Shown: piece after piece, positions 60,025-64,000 of the stretch | How the letters are laid out: each line of letters starts with the position of its first letter | Numbering within the stretch: the first letter of the stretch is position 1 | Origin: Fistulifera solaris | Taxonomy: Eukaryota | DNA length: 64,000 nt | Reading direction: 5' to 3' | Assembly: GCA_030295235.1 (NCBI GenBank) | Contig: AP026124.1 | Coordinates: 1,612,001-1,676,000 of the forward strand | Position numbers and translations under genes: made by a program | The notes under the pieces: model-generated | The model's database searches: none | The model's input: the letters and a program-made list of their open reading frames with translations, nothing else | Told to the model about the DNA's origin: nothing

Positions 60025-61772
60025 ATGTCGGCTGATCCTGAAACCCGAGGCCCTGCGGCTTCTGACGACAAGCAGGACAACAAGAGAAACGGCAAGGACC
60101 GAAAGCGAGACGAAACTCCGATCGAGGAGCTTTATGATCTCAGCAAGCCGATTCCTAAGGTAAGAATTGTCGCCGATGTAATAGTGCCTTGCTACTGTGT
60201 GGTTCTTGGTGTTATAAGCCTTTGTTTGTTATCTCTTTGTTTACGTTTACACGTTGCTGCAACCCGCCGCCGTTCTTTTTGTTAGATCGGTTTACTAACT
60301 CATTTTTCCGTCCATCGTTGCATCTCCACGTTGCATTTACTTTGTCATCCTTTTCGCTGTATAGGTCGATCGCCCCAACAAGGATACCCACGAGAAAGAA
60401 CTTGAGGCACTGAACAACGCGATCAATGCTATCAAGGAGGAGCGTCAACAAATTCAGGACAAGATCGATGCGTTTATGGCGGACCCTGAAGCCAAATCAG
60501 GTGTTCAAGCTATCCGCAACAAGTTTAACGAGATGAAGGCGAAGAAAAATGCGCTCATCGAAGAGAAGAAGTTCATGAGAGACGATATGGATAAAGTTAA
60601 GAACCAAGCTGATAAGCTGATGAAGGATAAGAAGGACACACGAAGCAACATGAAGTTCAACAGCATCGAAGACATCGACAAGGAAATCGCCAAACTGAAG
60701 CGCATTCAGGAGACGACTACCATGTCTCTAACCGATGAGAAGAAGCTAATCAAGGAAATCGATGCTTTGCAAGCCTCGAAGAAGTTTGTTTCGGAATTGA
60801 AGCAAAAGGATAACAGTTTGGAGGATGCGAAGGAGCAGCGAAAGAACATCGCACAGCAGATTGCTGCCAAAGATAAAGAGATCGATGCTTTGAGCAAAGA
60901 AATGGACGAAGTTATGGCCCAGTTAAAGAATTACAACAGTCAGGGAAGATAAGAAGCGTGAAGCTATCCAAGGATTGTTCAAGTCTCGCGATGAGCTCAA
61001 AGTAAAGATGTCCGAAAAGATCAAAGAAAAGGATGCGATTCGTGATTCCTTCCGCGAGAGCAACAACGCATGGTACACTTACCAGAGAGCTGTTAAGGCG
61101 CAGAAGAAGATGCAGTACGAGGAGGAGAAAAAGAAGCGCGACGAAGAACGAGCTGCTTACCTTGCCAAGCTCGAAGAAGAGGAAATGAAGAAAATTCCCT
61201 ACGAAGAAGAGCAGGCGCTTTGTGACTTCCTTGCCGACTACTTGGAGCGAACCTATCTCAAAAAAGATGATGACGAGGAGAAAGCTGAGAAAAAGGACGA
61301 TATCGTCGAAGTGCAAGACGATCCGTTTGCCAAAGTTAAACCCGTCGTTAAGTCCGAGGAAGATTATTTTGGCAAAGGAAAGGGCAAAAGAAGCGCACTC
61401 GACAGACCAAGAAGCCGGGTACAACTGCGGGGCCATTCACCCTTTCTCTAGATTTGATCGAACAGTTTGCGATGATCAGTTTAGTACCTCCTACGTCTGT
61501 TGAACAGGTTGAAGAAAAGGTTAAGGACCTTCGTGAAAGAAGGAATGGTTTAAACAGCAGCCACGCGGAAGCGTTCCTACGGCTCAAGACATTCGTAAGG
61601 CCAACGAAAAGGCCGTTGCTAAGCAAAGGCAAGCAAGCGAAACTGGCGCTGTTAAGAGCCGAAGCAGTGCTGGAGGTTTTTCTTTGTCAAACGATGAGTT
61701 TACCCCCTCGGCGCCGGAACTACTTCCGCTATGAACGCTTCGTGGGGACAGAAAGCTCCACTCTCTGGTTAA
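60025..61772 (+). CDS. BFR1/proton-pump-interactor-like coiled-coil protein; intron 60160-60364; several homopolymer frameshifts
   Basis: F.SIEDIDKEI..L...ETTTMSL.DEKKLIKEI..L, PYEEEQALCDFL..YL, F..ISL.PP........V..L.EKKEWF. Confidence 0.75.
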
Positions 61773-62052
61773 ATATATATAGTATTTCAAACTGGTATCC
61801 GGAACTAAAAAAACACTCCCTCTTAACATATCAAGACTATTAATATTGGTTGCTTTTCTCTAAATATAGGACTACAAGTCGGATCCATTTGTTCATGGCT
61901 ATTTCTATCGACGAAAACGTTCGTGCTGTTTATTATCAAGTTTATTGGATGCATGCAGTGTGGTTGTAGTAGATCATTTGCGAAGTGTTCGTTTGCTACG
62001 CGTGTAGTTCCGAAGATAATCGAAGATTTAAATCAGCTTACGATCTGCGAAA

Positions 62053-63287
62053 CTATTCCTCTAGGTCGACTGGATTCACCAAAAGCTCCGAGAATGGTTT
62101 GAGCTTTTCAACACCGCGGACCTCGTGATCCAATAAAGGCATGAGCGTCACGTGGAAATCATCTCCGTACAGATCGAAGCACTGACCAATGTACTTGTCT
62201 TGCATTCGCTTTCGTGCCAGCATTTTGGAACAAATTTCCTGTGCTTCTTTCGGCAAACCACTTGCGTTCGCTTCGTACCACTCGGACAACTCCTCGGCAT
62301 CTTTCTCGGGGAAGAGTACTTGGTTGACAACAATATTGTGCGAATCAATCCCGTACTTGGACAGCTCTTGAACCAAACGCTCTGTCTCATAAATGGACAA
62401 GAATTCAGGAATGCAAACACAAACGAATGTGGTCTTTGCGGGGTCCTGGAACTGCGCGTTCACCTTGGCGATGACCGCTCTAGTTTCTTCTAATTTTCCG
62501 AGCATCTGTTCTTGAGCCGCGGCCGGGTTGTTTCCCCCCGACATGAGAGCCGTGGCTTGTCCAATGAGACCCCCGAAGCGATCCTTGAGTTCCCAAACCT
62601 TGGCAAAGGCCTTTTCAAGGATGGTAGGGAACGACAAAAGGCGCAAAGTGTGCCCGGTGGGTGCCGTATCAAAGACGACAACATCAAAGTCCAACTGTTG
62701 TACCTGCTTCATGAGTTCCGAGAACGACATGGCTTCGTCAATCCCGGGGATGCTGTTTTGCAAGTCGCTAAACATTTGGTTGAAAATATCATTTTCATCC
62801 TCGGCCGAATCGATTTCTGAGGCGACTTCCTGTGATGCGTCAATCTCCATGGCACACAGATTGTCAAAGCCATTGATGGGTGTGGGTTCTCTGCCGATTT
62901 TCTGGCAAAAAGCATCCGAAAGATTGTGTGCTGGATCTGTCGAAACCAGAAGAACCTGAATGAAAGCAAGACGACGAGTTAGGCAAAAATTCTCAATGTT
63001 TCCATGCGAATTGCTCTGATTTTCCCGTACGTACCTTCTTTCGGGACATGGCGAGCTGCACACCAAGGCAGCACGACGTTGTAGTCTTACCAACTCCACC
63101 TTTTCCACCTTTCAAAATAGCAGACAATGAGTCGATCCGTCATCGTAATACATTTGACATTAAAAAATAAATGAACATGCTCGATGTTTTACTCACCCAC
63201 AAACACCCACTGAAGGGTCGTTTGGTCGATGATGTTTTTGAGGCTGGGATCCGGGAGATCGGCGTCGTCAATTTCGTTGGCTGTCAT
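62053..63287 (-). CDS. GET3: GET3/ASNA1 (TRC40) ATPase for tail-anchored protein insertion; two introns
   Basis: WVFVG|GKGGVGKTTTSC, VSTDPAHNLSDAF, IPGIDEAMSF, FDTAPTGHTLRLL, VCIPEFLSIYETERLVQEL, EVRG. Confidence 0.95.
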
Positions 63288-64000
63288 GTTTTTACAAGCT
63301 GAAAAGAAGTTACGATTTTGTTTGTTGTTAGCATTCACAACGCCCTGCTTTCGAGTGTTGTTGCTCCTCGCTCACGATGCTGATCGAACGATGAATAAAA
63401 TACAACCGTTAAAAAATACACATGAAAAGCCATAATAGTAGTCATGACCAGGGTCCAGAGTGTAGGATCTGTTTGTGGTCCGAATTGTTCGTGACTCCCC
63501 TGACGACGGAGTTCTCGTGACTGAAAGGCTATCCTCTACTCCACGTGGATCTGCCTCGCGACTCCTCGTGGTCTCGCGGCTTGTCGGCTTTTTTGCTGCC
63601 AATAATCTCGTCTTCGCCAATTGCTGTGTTAAGCAGAGTCAAATTAACCTTGACAGAGCAGTAAGCTCCGTCTTACAATTCACTGACCGCGTTAAAGGTG
63701 CAATTGTCGTACTCCTTTCAATGGAGCGACAATCGCCGATCAAGCAATACGAAAACTCGAAAATGAGACGAGGCTCTCTACTGCACGTCTTTTTCAATTA
63801 CATCTTATTTTCGCCCTTGTGGATTTTTGTAAACGCGAAAGCAGATGCACCTCGCCGGACGTTTCAACACAGAATACACATCTCTCGATCATCAGAAGCG
63901 ACGGCAACAAGAGTCTCGTCTCGTCAAAGCGTATCAAAGTCATCGCTGAATATTTTGTTTTCACTACCACGAGGAGGTTCCACAGCCACGAAAGACAACC

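Noticed and set aside
62053..63287. ArsA arsenite-resistance ATPase
   Set aside because: Single-domain, intron-containing gene with GET3-type motifs (IPGIDEAMSF, IPEFLS.YETERL) and no ars operon context.

Overview
Gene-dense eukaryotic nuclear DNA, most likely a raphid pennate diatom. Evidence: short GT-AG introns, bipartite ASAFAP-type plastid presequences, and RxL/KxxK/PT-rich cell-surface proteins. About 30 protein-coding genes can be reconstructed. They include POMP/UMP1, a kynurenine-type aminotransferase, a cathepsin L-like protease, a TMEM151-like protein, a NOL1/NOP2/Sun methyltransferase, NECAP, SRP19, FAM151-like, Alba, a tandem pair of kinases, MOG1, an exosome RNase-PH subunit, prolidase, BFR1-like and GET3. 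Many genes are broken by single-base indels at homopolymers, most likely assembly error. Highlights: (1) an LRR-Roc GTPase-COR protein ending in a trypsin/HtrA-like serine protease with an intact catalytic triad (45.2-50.6 kb), a candidate GTPase-gated sensor-protease; (2) a HOP2-like gene with three N-terminal Cys4 'DCQ..GGWP' modules; (3) an 8-repeat beta-propeller fused to a 2OG-Fe(II) dioxygenase that the ORF track misses; (4) a phosphoglucose-isomerase-like pseudoenzyme; (5) two paralogous silaffin-like/mucin-like type I membrane proteins; (6) an internally deleted PIF/Harbinger transposon; (7) recurrent intergenic TACCWGGTA palindromes and a ~219-bp-period non-coding repeat family. All family assignments are from motif recognition by eye; no searches were run.
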